Assembly (NCBI GenBank): GCA_964016885.1
Contig: OZ024756.1
Span: 1-64,000, forward strand
Origin: Eledone cirrhosa
Taxonomy: Eukaryota
Length of the DNA stretch: 64,000 nucleotides
Reading direction: 5' to 3'
Part shown: positions 62,830 to 64,000 of the stretch, one piece after another
Numbering within the stretch: position 1 is the stretch's first letter
Layout of the letters: every line of letters starts with the position of its first letter
Notes under the pieces: model-generated
The model's database searches: none
What the model was told of the DNA's origin: nothing
Seen by the model: only the letters and a program-made list of their open reading frames with translations
Made by a program: the position numbers and the translations under genes

Positions 62830-64000
62830 ATGGTCCAGTAACACCTGATATAGTGACAGGGGTGTTGTATTGACAGTGTATAGTCTAGTAATATCTGATA
62901 TAGCCACAGGGGTGTTGTATTGACGGTGTATGGTCTAGTAACACCTGATATAACCACAGGAGTGTTGTATTGACAGTGTATGGTCTAGTAACACCTGATA
63001 TAGCCACAGGAGTGTTGTATTGACAGTGTATAGTCTAGTAATATCTGATATAGCCACAGGAGTGTTGTATTGACAGTGTATGGTCTAGTAACATCTGATA
63101 TAGCCACAGGGGTGTTGTATTGACGGTGTATGGTCTAGTAACACCTGATATAACCACAGGAGTGTTGTATTGACAGTGTATGGTCTAGTAACACCTGATA
63201 TAGCCACAGGAGTGTTGTATTGACGGTGTATGGTCTAGTAACACCTGATATAGCCACAGGAGTGTTGTATTGACAGTGTATGGTCTAGTAACATCTGATA
63301 TAGCCACAGGAGTGTTGTATTGACAGTGTATAGTCTAGTAACACCTGATATAGCCACAGGAGTGTTGTATTGACAGTGTATGGTCTAGTAACACCTGATA
63401 TAGCCACAGGAGTGTTGTATTGACAGTGTATGGTCCAGTAACACCTGATATAGCCACAGGAGTGTTGTATTGACAGTGTATAGTCTAGTAACACCTGATA
63501 TAGCCACAGGAGTGTTGTATTGACAGTGTATGGTCTAGTAACACCTGATATAGCCACAGGAGTGTTGTATTGACAGTGTATGGTCTAGTAACACCTGATA
63601 TAGCCACAGGAGTGTTGTATTGACAGTGTATGGTCCAGTAACACCTGATATAGCCACAGGAGTGTTGTATTGACAGTGTATAGTCTAGTAACACCTGATA
63701 TAGCCACAGGAGTGTTGTATTGACAGTGTATGGTCTAGTAACAACTGATATAGCCACAGGAGTGTTGTATTGACAGTGTATGGTCCAGTAACACCTGATA
63801 TAGCCACAGGAGTGTTGTATTGACAGTGTATAGTCTAGTAACACCTGATATAGCCACAGGAGTGTTGTATTGACAGTGTATGGTCTAGTAACACCTGATA
63901 TAGCCACAGGAGTGTTGTATTGACAGTGTATGGTCCAGTAACACCTGATATAGCCAGAGGAGTGTTGTATTGACAGTGTATGGTCCAGTAACACCTGATA
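62830..64000. repeat. Minisatellite, 50-bp unit, runs off right edge
   Basis: GTCTAGTAACACCTGATATAGCCACAGGAGTGTTGTATTGACAGTGTATG. Confidence 0.97.

Noticed and set aside
4850-64000. Regular 30-60 bp arrays as CRISPR arrays
   Set aside because: Units are head-to-tail with no unique spacers, there are no cas genes, and the context is eukaryotic.

Overview
Repeat-saturated eukaryotic (metazoan) DNA with no identifiable host gene. The repeat repertoire points to a cephalopod, probably Octopus; this is inferred from recall, not a database search. Contents: (i) one near-full-length, frameshifted RTE-clade LINE (APE endonuclease + RT + PHD-type finger, 57.6-61.4 kb), a second copy running off the left edge, and several 5'-truncated fragments; (ii) two tRNA-derived SINE families (CORE-type with an RTE-derived tail; Meta-domain type); (iii) relics of mariner, a TTAA-flanked MITE and two REL-endonuclease retrotransposons; (iv) about ten large minisatellite arrays (21-74 bp units) plus microsatellites, which account for nearly all entries in the ORF track. 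The main signal not explained by those features is about 11 type I hammerhead-ribozyme motifs, from intact to degenerate. Most sit in 130-350 bp cassettes between (TA)n tracts, most are followed by an AATAAA-like signal, and several are built into long fold-back inverted repeats (Penelope-like pLTR/retrozyme-like). Two of them share an otherwise unexplained conserved stem-II insertion. A second theme is that many minisatellites arose inside TE remnants. All coordinates and folds were read by eye and are approximate.
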